Origin: Pseudomonadota bacterium
Lineage (GTDB): Bacteria; Desulfobacterota; Desulfobacteria; Desulfobacterales; JBDRRP01
Reading direction: 5' to 3'
Assembly (NCBI GenBank): GCA_043825735.1
Contig: JBDRRP010000025.1
Span: forward strand, 1-64,000
Length of the DNA: 64,000 nucleotides
In this document: positions 1 through 9,527 of the stretch, one piece after another
How positions within the stretch are numbered: position 1 is the stretch's first letter
Layout: every line of letters starts with the position of its first letter
Position numbers and translations under genes: made by a program
The notes under the pieces: generated by a model
Told to the model about the DNA's origin: nothing
What the model saw: the letters and a program-made list of their open reading frames with translations, nothing else
Databases searched by the model: none

Positions 1-7
1 TAAATAG

Positions 8-140
8 GACAAACTCGTAAAAAGTCTGAAATCACCACAGAGTACGCAGAGAGCGCAGAGATAACTTATTAATTATTCATAATATTCTCTGCGGCCCTCT
101 GCGGTCTCTGTGGTTCAAAATCACTTTTTACGAATGCATC
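8..140. mobile_element. MITE-like element, family A (GAY-N5-CGTAAAAAG termini, CACAGAG/CGCAGAG palindromic cargo)
   Basis: Terminal inverted repeats and an AAATAG direct repeat at 2-7 and 141-146; near-identical reverse-complement copy at 42375-42507. Confidence 0.75.
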
Positions 141-144
141 AAAT

Positions 145-289
145 AGGGTTCATCCAGAAATGGTAGATTTTGGTTCAGAGCAAGGCTTGAGCATTTTGGA
201 AACCGGAGGAATAGCCTGCTATTTCGAGGATTTCCAAAAGTGCGAAAACGCCGCTCTGGGCCAAAAGATGCCGTTTATGGATGGACACT
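145..289. mobile_element. MITE-like element, family B (AGTGTCCATCCAKAAA termini)
   Basis: Imperfect terminal inverted repeats; near-identical reverse-complement copy at about 35619-35763; right end overlaps the argC stop codon. Confidence 0.7.
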
Positions 290-1325
290 AAATAGGGTAC
301 GGCGCAGCCCCGAGCCCCGCGGTTTCATCCAGGCCCAACATGAGATTCATGTTTTGAACGGCCTGTCCGGCAGCGCCTTTTACCAGGTTATCGATGACAC
401 TCATCACAATCAATCGCCGCCCGGCAGGATCGTAGCGGACGCCGATGTCGCAGTAGTTGCTCCCCCGCACATGAAGCGAATTGGGAAGGTGAGGCTCGGG
501 GCAGATGCGCACAAAAGGCTTTTCCGCGTAAAAGGATGTAAGGCACTCCAAAACTGAATCGGGTAAGGTGCCCTCGGTCAAACCGGCGTAGATGGTGGTC
601 TGCATCCCGCGCGACATGGGAACCAGGTGCGGAACAAAAGTGACATGAACGGGCACGGCCGCCTCCCGCGACAGGATCATTCCCATCTCCGGTGCATGCC
701 GGTGTGTGGCCACTTTGTAGGGTTTGAACGACTCGGCCACCTCACAGTATAACGAAGTGACGCTCGGCGAACGCCCGGCCCCGCTGACCCCGGATTTACT
801 GTCGGCAACCAGCCCGGTGGATTCCACAAGACCGTTTCGGATTAGCGGCACCAATGGCAGAAGCACGCTGGTGGGATAGCATCCCGGGTTGCCCACGAGA
901 CGGCTGCCCCGAATCTGCTCGGCGTAGATTTCGCTCAACCCGTAAACGGTCATGCTCAGCAGTTCGGGGCAACGATGGGTCTGGTACACCGATTCGTAAA
1001 GCGCCGGATCATCGAACCGGAAATCCGCGCTGAGATCGATGACACGCACGCCGCGCGCCAGCAAACCGGGCACCAGTGACATGGGCAGCTCGTGAGGGAG
1101 CGCAAGAAAAACAAGATCGACACCGGCGGCAATATGGTCCTGATCAAAAGGCTGACACACCAGATCGACAATACCCCTCATCGCCGGGTATGCATCCGAA
1201 AACCGTGCACCGGCGAATTGTCGCGATGTGATGAGCGTCAGATCCACCGACGGATGACCTGCGAGCAAACGGACCAACTCGGCCCCGGCATATCCAGTGG
1301 CGCCGATGATTCCCACACGTGTCAT
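288..1325 (-). CDS. argC: N-acetyl-gamma-glutamyl-phosphate reductase
   Basis: GATGYAG Rossmann motif, NPGCYPT catalytic Cys, SGVSGAGR, DNLVKGAAGQA. Confidence 0.97.
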   Translation of the reverse strand: MTRVGIIGATGYAGAELVRLLAGHPSVDLTLITSRQFAGARFSDAYPAMRGIVDLVCQPFDQDHIAAGVDLVFLALPHELPMSLVPGLLARGVRVIDLSADFRFDDPALYESVYQTHRCPELLSMTVYGLSEIYAEQIRGSRLVGNPGCYPTSVLLPLVPLIRNGLVESTGLVADSKSGVSGAGRSPSVTSLYCEVAESFKPYKVATHRHAPEMGMILSREAAVPVHVTFVPHLVPMSRGMQTTIYAGLTEGTLPDSVLECLTSFYAEKPFVRICPEPHLPNSLHVRGSNYCDIGVRYDPAGRRLIVMSVIDNLVKGAAGQAVQNMNLMLGLDETAGLGAAPYPI

Positions 1326-1480
1326 GGTGAATTCCTTAGAGAGTTGTTTTCCTTATTTTGTCTATAACGGCAAAAACCGGTTATCGCGCCAAGACGCCAA
1401 GATCGCAAAGAACTATGAAAAAGAGAACGTCAACATCGAAAATTGTTTTTTTGCGAGTTTATCAATTTTCCGCCGATTGC

Positions 1481-2194
1481 CTACCCGCCCAAATACGCTT
1501 TCTGGACTTCCGGATTCTTGAGCAGGTCTGCCGAATTCCCCTGGAGCACTAGGTTGCCGTTTTCGAGCACGTACCCCCGCTGCGAGAACTGCAGCGCCAG
1601 GCGGGCGTTCTGCTCGACCAGCAGAACGGCGGTGCCCTCCTCCTTGTTGATGTCCTTGAGGGCATCGAAGACATTCATCATCAGCAAGGGGGCCAGCCCC
1701 ATGGACGGTTCGTCCAGAAGCATGACCTTCCGGCCGCTCATGAAGGCCCGGCCAATGGCGAGCATCTGCTGTTCTCCACCACTGAGGGTCCCCGCTTTCT
1801 GGGTTTCACGCTCCATGAGCCGGGGGAAGATGCCAAAAACCCTGTCGAGATCAGCACCGATCCGTTGACGGTCTTTTCGGGCAAAGCAGGCGAGTTTGAG
1901 GTTCTCCATGACGGTGAGGTTGCCGAACAGACGCCGGCCTTCAGGGACATGGGTGATCCCCAGTTCGCTGACGATGCGGTCGGGCGTATATTGCAGCAGA
2001 TCCGCACCGTTGTAAGTCATGCGGCACCCCGGGTCCGGATCCACCATTCTGGAAATGGCCCTCAGGGTGGTGCTTTTGCCGGCGCCGTTGGCCCCGATGA
2101 TACAAACGATCTCTCCGTCATCCATGGAGAAATCGATACCATGCAGTGCCCGGATTTTGCCGTAGGCGACATGAAGGTTTTCCACTTTCAGCAT
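1481..2194 (-). CDS. livF: Branched-chain amino acid ABC transporter ATP-binding protein
   Basis: GANGAGKST, LSGGEQQ, LLDEPSMGLAP; start trimmed to the ATG overlapping the livG stop (TAATG). Confidence 0.93.
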   Translation of the reverse strand: MLKVENLHVAYGKIRALHGIDFSMDDGEIVCIIGANGAGKSTTLRAISRMVDPDPGCRMTYNGADLLQYTPDRIVSELGITHVPEGRRLFGNLTVMENLKLACFARKDRQRIGADLDRVFGIFPRLMERETQKAGTLSGGEQQMLAIGRAFMSGRKVMLLDEPSMGLAPLLMMNVFDALKDINKEEGTAVLLVEQNARLALQFSQRGYVLENGNLVLQGNSADLLKNPEVQKAYLGG

Positions 2195-2964
2195 TAATGC
2201 ACCTGCTCCTTTCCCAGGTAGGCTTCGATGACCTTGGGATTGTTCTGAATTTCCTCGGGGGTGCCTTCTGCGATCACCTCTCCGAACACCAGGGTCTGAA
2301 TCCGCTCGCACAGCTCCATGACCATCTTGAGCCGATGTTCGATGAGGTAGATGGCGATGCCCAGATCGCCGTTGATCTGACGGATGATCGCCATCATCTG
2401 AACCAGTTCCTCCGGTGTCATGCCGACGGTGGGTTCGTCCAGAAAAAGGATTTTGGGCTCAGTGGCCAGGGCCCGGGCCATCTCGACACGGCGCTGGGCA
2501 CCGTAAGGCAGGTTGATCACTGTCTGATCCCAGAGATGATCGATGCTGAGCAGTTTCAGCAGCGCCATGGCCTTTTCATGGCTTTCGGTTTCTTCCCGGC
2601 GGCGCTTCGCGGTTCCGAAAAACGCGCCCGTCAGACCATAGGTCAACCGGGAATACCGTGCCAACATGACATGTTCCAATACCGTCATGTGCCGCCACAG
2701 GCACACATTCTGGAAGGTTCGCCCCAGACCCCGAGACGCCACCTCGTTGGGCTTGAGCCCGATGAGTGATGTGCCTTCAAGACGGATATCGCCTTCTGTG
2801 GGCGTATAAATGCCGGTGATCAGGTTGAAGATGGTGGTCTTTCCCGCGCCGTTGGGCCCGATGAGGGCACAAATCTGGCCGGGTGCGATGTCCAGACTGA
2901 AATTGTGGACAGCCCGCAACCCACCGAAAAAATGGGTCATGTTTTCGACCTTGAGCAACGACAT
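2194..2964 (-). CDS. livG: Branched-chain amino acid ABC transporter ATP-binding protein
   Basis: GPNGAGKTT, LPYGAQRRVEMARAL, C-terminal VIEAYLG. Confidence 0.93.
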   Translation of the reverse strand: MSLLKVENMTHFFGGLRAVHNFSLDIAPGQICALIGPNGAGKTTIFNLITGIYTPTEGDIRLEGTSLIGLKPNEVASRGLGRTFQNVCLWRHMTVLEHVMLARYSRLTYGLTGAFFGTAKRRREETESHEKAMALLKLLSIDHLWDQTVINLPYGAQRRVEMARALATEPKILFLDEPTVGMTPEELVQMMAIIRQINGDLGIAIYLIEHRLKMVMELCERIQTLVFGEVIAEGTPEEIQNNPKVIEAYLGKEQVH

Positions 2965-2966
2965 CG

Positions 2967-4277
2967 CTAAACCTCTTTTTCCGGTTTGGATTTTGGCGTC
3001 ACCAGTTTACGCACATCGAACTCCTTGAAGGCGATGAGTCCGGTGGGACGAAAGATCATCACGAGAATCAGCATCAGGGGAATGATGATCCATTTGAAGA
3101 GTTCCAGAGGCCTCAGTGCCTCGCTGAGCAGGCTGATGCTCACCGCCCCGACGATACTGCCGTAGACCGAATTGAGCCCGCCGAAATAGACCATGGCCAG
3201 AACTTCAGCGAGCTTCTGCAAACCGAATGTTCCCGGATTCACATACCGGAGGATATGGGCGAAGAGCCCACCGGCCACGCCGGCCCAGAACGCTGCGAAC
3301 AAAAAGGCCACCATTTTGGTGCGCCGGGTATCGACCGTCATCGCTTCGGCGGCGATCTCATCATCGCGCACGGCATTGAGTGCTTTTCCGAGAGTAGACC
3401 TCACAAAATTGTTGATGATCCAGATACAAGCCACCATCCAGGCGTAGACCACCGGGAGGTTCGCCAAGTCGGGCTGGCTGCTCATGCCGCGCGGCCCCCC
3501 GACCCATTCCAGGTTTTCGATGACGCTCTTGACGATGAACAAAAACGCAAGGCTGATGATGGCCAGATAATCGCCGCGTGTCTTGAACGACGGGATGGCA
3601 ACGACCAGTGCGCTGATGGCGGCCGCGAGACCGCCCCCGATGAGGGCCAGTGGAAAAATGTACGGTCCCAGCGCTGCCGGCAGCAGCGCGTCGCCGAACA
3701 ACCGGTCATCGGCAAAAAGCACCAGTGTCACCGTAGACGCCGCATAGGCGCCCACTGCCATGAACCCGGGATGGGAACAGGAGAACTCCCCCATGTATCC
3801 GTTGATGATATTCAAACTCAAGGTGAGCATCACCGCCACCATTGTGAGCTTCAAGGTCAGTATGCGATAGTCGCTGATTTCCGACCAGATGTGAAGGACA
3901 AGGTAAAACAGCAGCAGATGACAGATCACCGAAGTGGAAATGCCGATCTTGAGTAGCTTGGCAGACAACCGATTGGCCAACTGGCTGATCCATTTTGCCA
4001 CTAAAGATATGGGCACGACATAAATCAGAAAAACATAGATCACCGCGCTGGGGATGAAAAGAGGCTTTTTGAGCATGATGACGGCGCCAAAGAGCACCGG
4101 AATCTTGCGCAGCCCCAGAATTTGTGCCAACAGGGTACCGATGACCTGCTCAAGAATCACCGCCACCAGCGCGCCCAGCAGCCACGCCAGAAGCGGCACG
4201 TCCTGGAATCTGTGCCGGAGCCGCTCTCTAAGCGTGCGTTTCTTCACTGATCGCTTCCCGTTCGGTTCTACCACCAT
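2967..4277 (-). CDS. livM: Branched-chain amino acid ABC transporter permease with extended N-terminal membrane region
   Basis: RGDYLAIISLAF, GKALNAVRDDEIAAEAM, many hydrophobic segments. Confidence 0.9.
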   Translation of the reverse strand: MVVEPNGKRSVKKRTLRERLRHRFQDVPLLAWLLGALVAVILEQVIGTLLAQILGLRKIPVLFGAVIMLKKPLFIPSAVIYVFLIYVVPISLVAKWISQLANRLSAKLLKIGISTSVICHLLLFYLVLHIWSEISDYRILTLKLTMVAVMLTLSLNIINGYMGEFSCSHPGFMAVGAYAASTVTLVLFADDRLFGDALLPAALGPYIFPLALIGGGLAAAISALVVAIPSFKTRGDYLAIISLAFLFIVKSVIENLEWVGGPRGMSSQPDLANLPVVYAWMVACIWIINNFVRSTLGKALNAVRDDEIAAEAMTVDTRRTKMVAFLFAAFWAGVAGGLFAHILRYVNPGTFGLQKLAEVLAMVYFGGLNSVYGSIVGAVSISLLSEALRPLELFKWIIIPLMLILVMIFRPTGLIAFKEFDVRKLVTPKSKPEKEV

Positions 4278-4396
4278 GCGCCGACCTCATTCGTGTCCAT
4301 CAGCGAGGGGCCTCTTCTCGCCCCTTGCTGATGGGTACGGTTCAAAAATATCGCAAAAAAGGTTGCCCTTATCGTTCGCCCATCTGTTCTGCGGGG

Positions 4397-5320
4397 TCAC
4401 AGCCGCAATTTTGAACTGTAGACTTCGCCGAAGAATCCGTGGGGCCTGAACACCAGAATCAGCAAGATAATGGAGTAGGCGATGAGATCCCTCAGCGTGG
4501 AAGGAAATACCATCGCTACGAAAATTTCAATAAACCCGAGCATGAATCCGGCCAGGGTCGCTCCCAGCACCGATCCACGCCCGCCAAGAATCGCCGCCAC
4601 AAAGGCCTTCCAACCGAACACAATCCCCATGTAAGGATCCAGTACGGGATAGGCGACGCCGAAAAGGATCCCTGCCGCAGCGGCCAATGCCGAGCCGATG
4701 GCGAATGTCAGGCTGGCAATGGTGTTCAGCGGTACGCCCATGAGGGGAATGACCGCAAAATCATAGGCCATGGCCCGCATGGCCATGCCCCATTTGGTGC
4801 GTTTGATGAACTGGTGCAGTGCGATCATCAGCGCCAGAGAGACCACCACGATCATGAGTTTCTTGTTGGTAACGAAGACGCCGCCGAGGTTGTACGTCTC
4901 CGTCTCGATCAATGCCGGAAAACTGATACGTTTGGCGCCCAGAATCGCCAGATTGCCGGTTTCGAGGATGATCCCGATCATCAGCCCGGTGATCGCAGCC
5001 GACGCCCTCGGCGCGTCGCGTAGCGGCCGGTACCCGATGCGTTCGACCAGCATGCCCACAAACGAGGTCAAAAACATTGAGATGATGATGGTCAGCGTTA
5101 GAATGACCCAGCCCGGCAGCGCGATGGCGCCGGCGGCCGACAGGGCCGTGAGAGCCATGGCCACCCCAAACCCGATGTAGGCACCGACCATGAAAATGTC
5201 GCCATGGGCGAAGTTGAACAGCATGAGGATGCCGTAAACCATGGAATAGCCCAATGCGATAAGGGCGTAAAAACTCCCCCACTGAAGGGCGTTGACCAGG
5301 TTTTGGAAGAAATATGCCAT
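4397..5320 (-). CDS. livH: Branched-chain amino acid ABC transporter permease
   Basis: YALIALGYSMVYGILMLFNFAHGD, KAFVAAILGG, RPHGFFG. Confidence 0.93.
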   Translation of the reverse strand: MAYFFQNLVNALQWGSFYALIALGYSMVYGILMLFNFAHGDIFMVGAYIGFGVAMALTALSAAGAIALPGWVILTLTIIISMFLTSFVGMLVERIGYRPLRDAPRASAAITGLMIGIILETGNLAILGAKRISFPALIETETYNLGGVFVTNKKLMIVVVSLALMIALHQFIKRTKWGMAMRAMAYDFAVIPLMGVPLNTIASLTFAIGSALAAAAGILFGVAYPVLDPYMGIVFGWKAFVAAILGGRGSVLGATLAGFMLGFIEIFVAMVFPSTLRDLIAYSIILLILVFRPHGFFGEVYSSKLRL

Positions 5321-5467
5321 CGGGATGTGCTCCTCGCTGGTGACCGTTCACAAAAGGCATTTTCTGGTTCCCGGCGTCACCCCGCCGCTCAGTTGCGATC
5401 CCGCCAGTGACGGACGCGAGCCTTGCCGGAAACCATAATCTACCTGCTGTGGGCAGGCACTTGTTCT

Positions 5468-5508
5468 AAAGAAGCGGGCTCAGGGGGAATGCCCCCCGGG
5501 CCCGCTTC
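5468..5508 (-). terminator. GC-rich intercistronic hairpin after the substrate-binding gene (terminator or mRNA stabiliser)
   Basis: GAAGCGGG...CCCGCTTC stem followed by a short T run on the minus strand. Confidence 0.5.
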
Positions 5509-5590
5509 CGGTCGTCGATGGTGCGTCCGGCAGTGCCGGGCGTTTCCGCGATTGGCGGCGGGGTGACCAGACCTCGCCGCCGGTGGGGTA

Positions 5591-6781
5591 TTACGGGGCT
5601 ACCGACTTGTAGAATTCATACTCGCCTTTGTCACTGATGCGGACGATGACGGCGGCTTTGATGGGATCACCGTCTTCGGTGAAGGTCATCTGTCCGGTGA
5701 TCCCGTCGTATGCCTTGATCTTGGCCAGGGCGTCGCGGACACACTGCCGGTCTTTGGCAATATCACCGGTGATGGTGCCGCAATCCTGAATGGCGCGCTT
5801 GACCAGACCCAGGGAGTCCCAGGTCAGGGCTCCGACATCGTCCGGGATATACCCGTGCTTTTTGTTATAACGGTCGATGAATTCCTTGGTGGCGCCGGTG
5901 GCGCCGGCCGCGGCATAATGGGTGCTGAAGAACAGACCGTAGCAGTCTGCGCCGCAGAGCGTGACCGTTTCGGCCGACCCCCAGCTGTCGCTGCCGACAA
6001 TGGGACCCTTCCAGCCCAGCTCGTGAGCCTGCTGAACGATGAGGGCCACTTCATTGTAGTATTGCGGGGTGAAGAGCACTTCGGCGCCGCTGCGGATGAT
6101 CTGGGTCAACTGGGAGCTGAAGTCGGTGTCCTTGGTCGTAAAGCTTTCATAGGCCACTACGGAGCCGGGGCCGTTGTTTTTCTCCCAGGCCTGTTTGAAG
6201 AACTCCGCCAGTCCTTTGGGGTAATCGCTGGCCACGTCGTAGAGCACTGCGGCCTTGGTGAAACCGAACTCTTCCTTGATGAAATTGGCGAGCACCGGGC
6301 CCTGGAACGGGTCGAGAAAGCAGCCGCGGAACACGTAGGGCCGGTCCTTGGTGGTGTTGGGGTTGGTGGACCAGGGGCTGATCATGGGGGTCTTGTAGTT
6401 GTTGGCCACCTCGCCGGCCGGAACGGCCTGCTTGGAGGATTGCGGCCCCACCACGGCCAGGACTTCGTCTTCAGTGATGAGCTTTGTCATGGCCTTGACG
6501 GCGGACTCGGCCTTGGACTCGTTGTCTTCGATGGCCAGCTCAACCTTGTACTTCTTGCCACCCACATCGAGACCGCCGGCGGCAATGATGTCATCCAGCC
6601 ACATCTGAGCGGCAAATTTGGAGCCTTCGCCCACCTTGGGAATATCGCCGGTGATGGGGGCGTTGATCCCGATTTTGATGGACGGATCCTTTTGCCAGGG
6701 CCATTTGAAGCCCCATGCGGTGGGCGCAACCAGCAGCCCGATAATGAGGATCGAAACTATGAACACTGTCCCTTTTCGCAT
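5591..6781 (-). CDS. ABC transporter substrate-binding protein, LivJ/LivK family
   Basis: Signal peptide, IKIGINAPITG, RPYVFRGCFLDPFQG; GGAGG RBS before ATG 6781. Confidence 0.9.
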   Translation of the reverse strand: MRKGTVFIVSILIIGLLVAPTAWGFKWPWQKDPSIKIGINAPITGDIPKVGEGSKFAAQMWLDDIIAAGGLDVGGKKYKVELAIEDNESKAESAVKAMTKLITEDEVLAVVGPQSSKQAVPAGEVANNYKTPMISPWSTNPNTTKDRPYVFRGCFLDPFQGPVLANFIKEEFGFTKAAVLYDVASDYPKGLAEFFKQAWEKNNGPGSVVAYESFTTKDTDFSSQLTQIIRSGAEVLFTPQYYNEVALIVQQAHELGWKGPIVGSDSWGSAETVTLCGADCYGLFFSTHYAAAGATGATKEFIDRYNKKHGYIPDDVGALTWDSLGLVKRAIQDCGTITGDIAKDRQCVRDALAKIKAYDGITGQMTFTEDGDPIKAAVIVRISDKGEYEFYKSVAP

Positions 6782-6991
6782 TCCAACCTCCTTTTGATTT
6801 GCCTCCGTGGAAGCGGTTAATCGAGCGCGCAGGCGCATCTGCGGTCAAGCCTGCTTTCATAGCACAGTTGGTGGGGGTTTACAATAAACCACAGGGGCTG
6901 CCTGCCGGCTGAAAACGGCATTTCTCCGGTGGCAACGCGTCCGGAAACATTGCCGTCAAACCTATGTTCGCGGGGCATGGATGGACACTAT

Positions 6992-7201
6992 TTAGCGCCG
7001 CGGAAAATCGCCGATGACGTCCTTGATGATGGCGGCAATGTTCTGCCCGCGGTGTTTGGCAATGCGCACGGCCTCATCCACAACCGTGGCGGCCTGCTGT
7101 TTGAGCTGCGCCGGCGGCGGCACCGGCAGGCCGTCTTTTTGGTATTTCCAGTTCAACAGTCGCATGGCGATCTGTATCTGCTGATTGCGGATAAATCCCA
7201 T
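6992..7201 (-). CDS. Small hypothetical protein (69 aa)
   Basis: AAGGAG RBS before ATG 7201; the longer ORF-track N-terminus lies in a palindromic repeat. Confidence 0.65.
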   Translation of the reverse strand: MGFIRNQQIQIAMRLLNWKYQKDGLPVPPPAQLKQQAATVVDEAVRIAKHRGQNIAAIIKDVIGDFPRR

Positions 7202-7220
7202 GGGGCGCTCCTTTTGATTT

Positions 7221-7310
7221 TGATCACCACGAAGTTCACGAAGGACACGAAGATGTTTAAATGGAATCATTTTCAGGGTTTTCTTCGTGCACTTCGTGTT
7301 CTTCGTGGTT
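7221..7310. repeat. Palindromic element with (CACGAAGNN)3 arms
   Basis: ACCACGAAG-TTCACGAAG-GACACGAAG, AT-rich spacer, CTTCGTG x3; related copies at 8895-8989, 28080-28183 and 44599-44735. Confidence 0.8.
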
Positions 7311-7347
7311 CTCATTCAGCAATGACGCTGATGAAAACGAACCTTAA

Positions 7348-8811
7348 TCAGCGGGGCGGTGCGGCAATGGCAAATATGACCTTTTCAAGCGGCGCGGAAT
7401 CCAGCCCCCCGCCCTGGCTTTTGAGATCCCCGTCTGCAGCAGCCAGGGCGCCCATGGCCGATACCAGATCGGCCATGGTAAAAGCGCTGGCGTGTTTTAC
7501 CAATTGGTAGACGGGAAACGGGCTTTTTGGATTCCTGGCTGGCTGCAACTCGGCAGGAAATCCGGATTTCCCGCGACGCTTGGGCGGGGCTTTCTTTTCC
7601 GTCGCTGCCGCTGGCGTCTCTACAGCGGCAAGGGCATCATCGAGATGGTCCTGAAACGCCAGCAAGGCCGGCATGATCTGCTGGGTGAACACGGGATACG
7701 GCAGGTCCGTTCGCCACCCGCGTCCGTAGGAACTGTCGATGAACTCTCTGGCCACAATCAGCCGGCGGACTTGGTTGGAAATGGCGGCCAAGGCCTGCAA
7801 CGGATGAATCATTTCATCGGCCATCATGCGGCGCAGCAGCAATACCGCCTCCGGGGCGTTTCGTTCAGCCAATGCGGTCGTGAGAGCGTAGATGGGTTCC
7901 TGACGCGTGCGGGAAACCAGATGGCGGACATCCGCCGCCGTTATCGTCGCGCGCTCACCGCTGTAGGTGATCAGTTTTTCGAGGTTGCCGGCGTAGAGCC
8001 TGAGGTCGCACCCGATTCTGTCATTGAGAATCTTTCTGGCATCGGGAGCCAGTGTCTTTCCGCTGGCTTTAAGCAGACGCTCGGCTGTGTCCGACAGCGC
8101 CTGCTCCTGCACCTTTCGATCGGCCATCCGGTCGCCGGCAGGAAGCCGACAGTCGATGATGGTGCCGTTGTCGGCTATCGCCTTGTACAGGCTTTTTCGC
8201 TTATCCACGCGTTCTGCGGTGATGATGAGCACGTTTCCGGAGGGAAACCCTTTTTCTACGGCGCACTCCAGCCGCGCTAAGGGCGAGTCTTCCCCACTGG
8301 GGGGGGATATGGCGTTCTCCCGGCAATAGGCAAGCAGGTCGTCCACCCAGGCCGCGTCGCCCGTCGCCCCCGAGATGGCTTTCGTCAGGGCCTGCCGGGT
8401 GTCCGAATCGTCGTCGTCCGGACTCATGTCCGTAAGGGCCATGTATTTCATCAGATGAAGCCCGGCCTTGCGCTTCTGATCGTTTTTGTAAGCCTTCTGA
8501 GCACTTAAAAGCAGTGGGCCGGCGTCCTGTTTGCCGAGAAAAAAGCGGGCATCCGGCAACATGACGATTTTACGTCCGGCCAGCAGCGCAAATGTATTGA
8601 GGTGCTCAAGGGCCTGATTCAAAACGTCGTCAGCCCCCTCCAGGCGCTCCACCATGTAGTCCCGCGACCCGTCGCCCACCAGACGCTTTAGTAATCGCCC
8701 GCAAATGTCCTCGGTCCGGTAGCCGTCACCATGAACCAGATAGACGGGTGATTCCGGCAACGCAGCACCATCGGTTCGGGAAAGAAATGCCTCGTAGCTC
8801 AGTTCGGCCAT
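7348..8811 (-). CDS. holA: DNA polymerase III delta subunit-like protein with insertions
   Basis: PVYLVHGD N-terminus, VDKRKSLYK, LEKLITYSG...ITAADV, IYALTTAL, ADGDLKS C-terminus. Confidence 0.75.
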   Translation of the reverse strand: MAELSYEAFLSRTDGAALPESPVYLVHGDGYRTEDICGRLLKRLVGDGSRDYMVERLEGADDVLNQALEHLNTFALLAGRKIVMLPDARFFLGKQDAGPLLLSAQKAYKNDQKRKAGLHLMKYMALTDMSPDDDDSDTRQALTKAISGATGDAAWVDDLLAYCRENAISPPSGEDSPLARLECAVEKGFPSGNVLIITAERVDKRKSLYKAIADNGTIIDCRLPAGDRMADRKVQEQALSDTAERLLKASGKTLAPDARKILNDRIGCDLRLYAGNLEKLITYSGERATITAADVRHLVSRTRQEPIYALTTALAERNAPEAVLLLRRMMADEMIHPLQALAAISNQVRRLIVAREFIDSSYGRGWRTDLPYPVFTQQIMPALLAFQDHLDDALAAVETPAAATEKKAPPKRRGKSGFPAELQPARNPKSPFPVYQLVKHASAFTMADLVSAMGALAAADGDLKSQGGGLDSAPLEKVIFAIAAPPR

Positions 8812-8894
8812 GGCCGGGCCTTTACGGTTTGAAATTTTCGCTTCTCTATGACGCGCCAGTGGTGTCCCAGCGGTCACCGGATCTTAACCGTTTT

Positions 8895-8989
8895 TGATCA
8901 CCACGAAGTTCACGAAGCACACGAAGGTTTTAGAAATCCATTGCTGTAAAGGCTTTTCTTCGTGTCCTTCGTGTTCTTCGTGGTGATCA
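8895..8989. repeat. Palindromic element with (CACGAAGNN)3 arms
   Basis: TGATCACCACGAAG...CTTCGTGGTGATCA inverted repeat just after the lspA stop. Confidence 0.85.
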
Positions 8990-8992
8990 CGC

Positions 8993-9523
8993 TTATTTGC
9001 CGCCGGTATGCGCCTCGGGCAGTTTGCGAAACACCAGGTGCCCGGCAAAGATGGTCATCCCGACGGTGATGGCGCTGTCGGCCACGTTGAAGGCCGGCCA
9101 GTGTGCCTTCCCTACGAAGAAATCGAGAAAATCCACGACTACCCCGAATCGCACGCGGTCGATGAGATTGCCGATGGCACCGCTGAAAATCAGCGCAAAG
9201 CCCACCGCCAGAAAGCGGTGTGTCGGCGGTGTGGTCATGTAGAAATACAGCACCAGGAGCGCGGCCATTGCGGATGCGGCCAGAAATACGACAGCGCGCA
9301 GCGCGGGCGATTGGCCGGCGAGAAAACCGAAGGCCCCGCCCGGGTTCTGGACATGGGTCAAATTGAAGAAACCGGGAAGAACCGGCACCGAATGGTAAAG
9401 CGGCAGTTGCGAAAGGACCATGGCCTTGGTGACCTGATCCAGTACGATGACCGCCGATGCGATCCACACCAGCCGGATGATGGCTGTCTTCGTCGTTTCT
9501 GCGGTGAAAACCGGCAGTGGCAT
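8993..9523 (-). CDS. lspA: Lipoprotein signal peptidase II
   Basis: LDQVTK, NPGGAFG, GAIGNLIDR, VVDFLD, WPAFNVADSAI; follows ileS. Confidence 0.96.
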   Translation of the reverse strand: MPLPVFTAETTKTAIIRLVWIASAVIVLDQVTKAMVLSQLPLYHSVPVLPGFFNLTHVQNPGGAFGFLAGQSPALRAVVFLAASAMAALLVLYFYMTTPPTHRFLAVGFALIFSGAIGNLIDRVRFGVVVDFLDFFVGKAHWPAFNVADSAITVGMTIFAGHLVFRKLPEAHTGGK

Positions 9524-9527
9524 AACC

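Noticed and set aside
141..295. Fixed target-site duplication for family B
   Set aside because: AAAT flanks the first copy, but the other copies show no consistent duplication.
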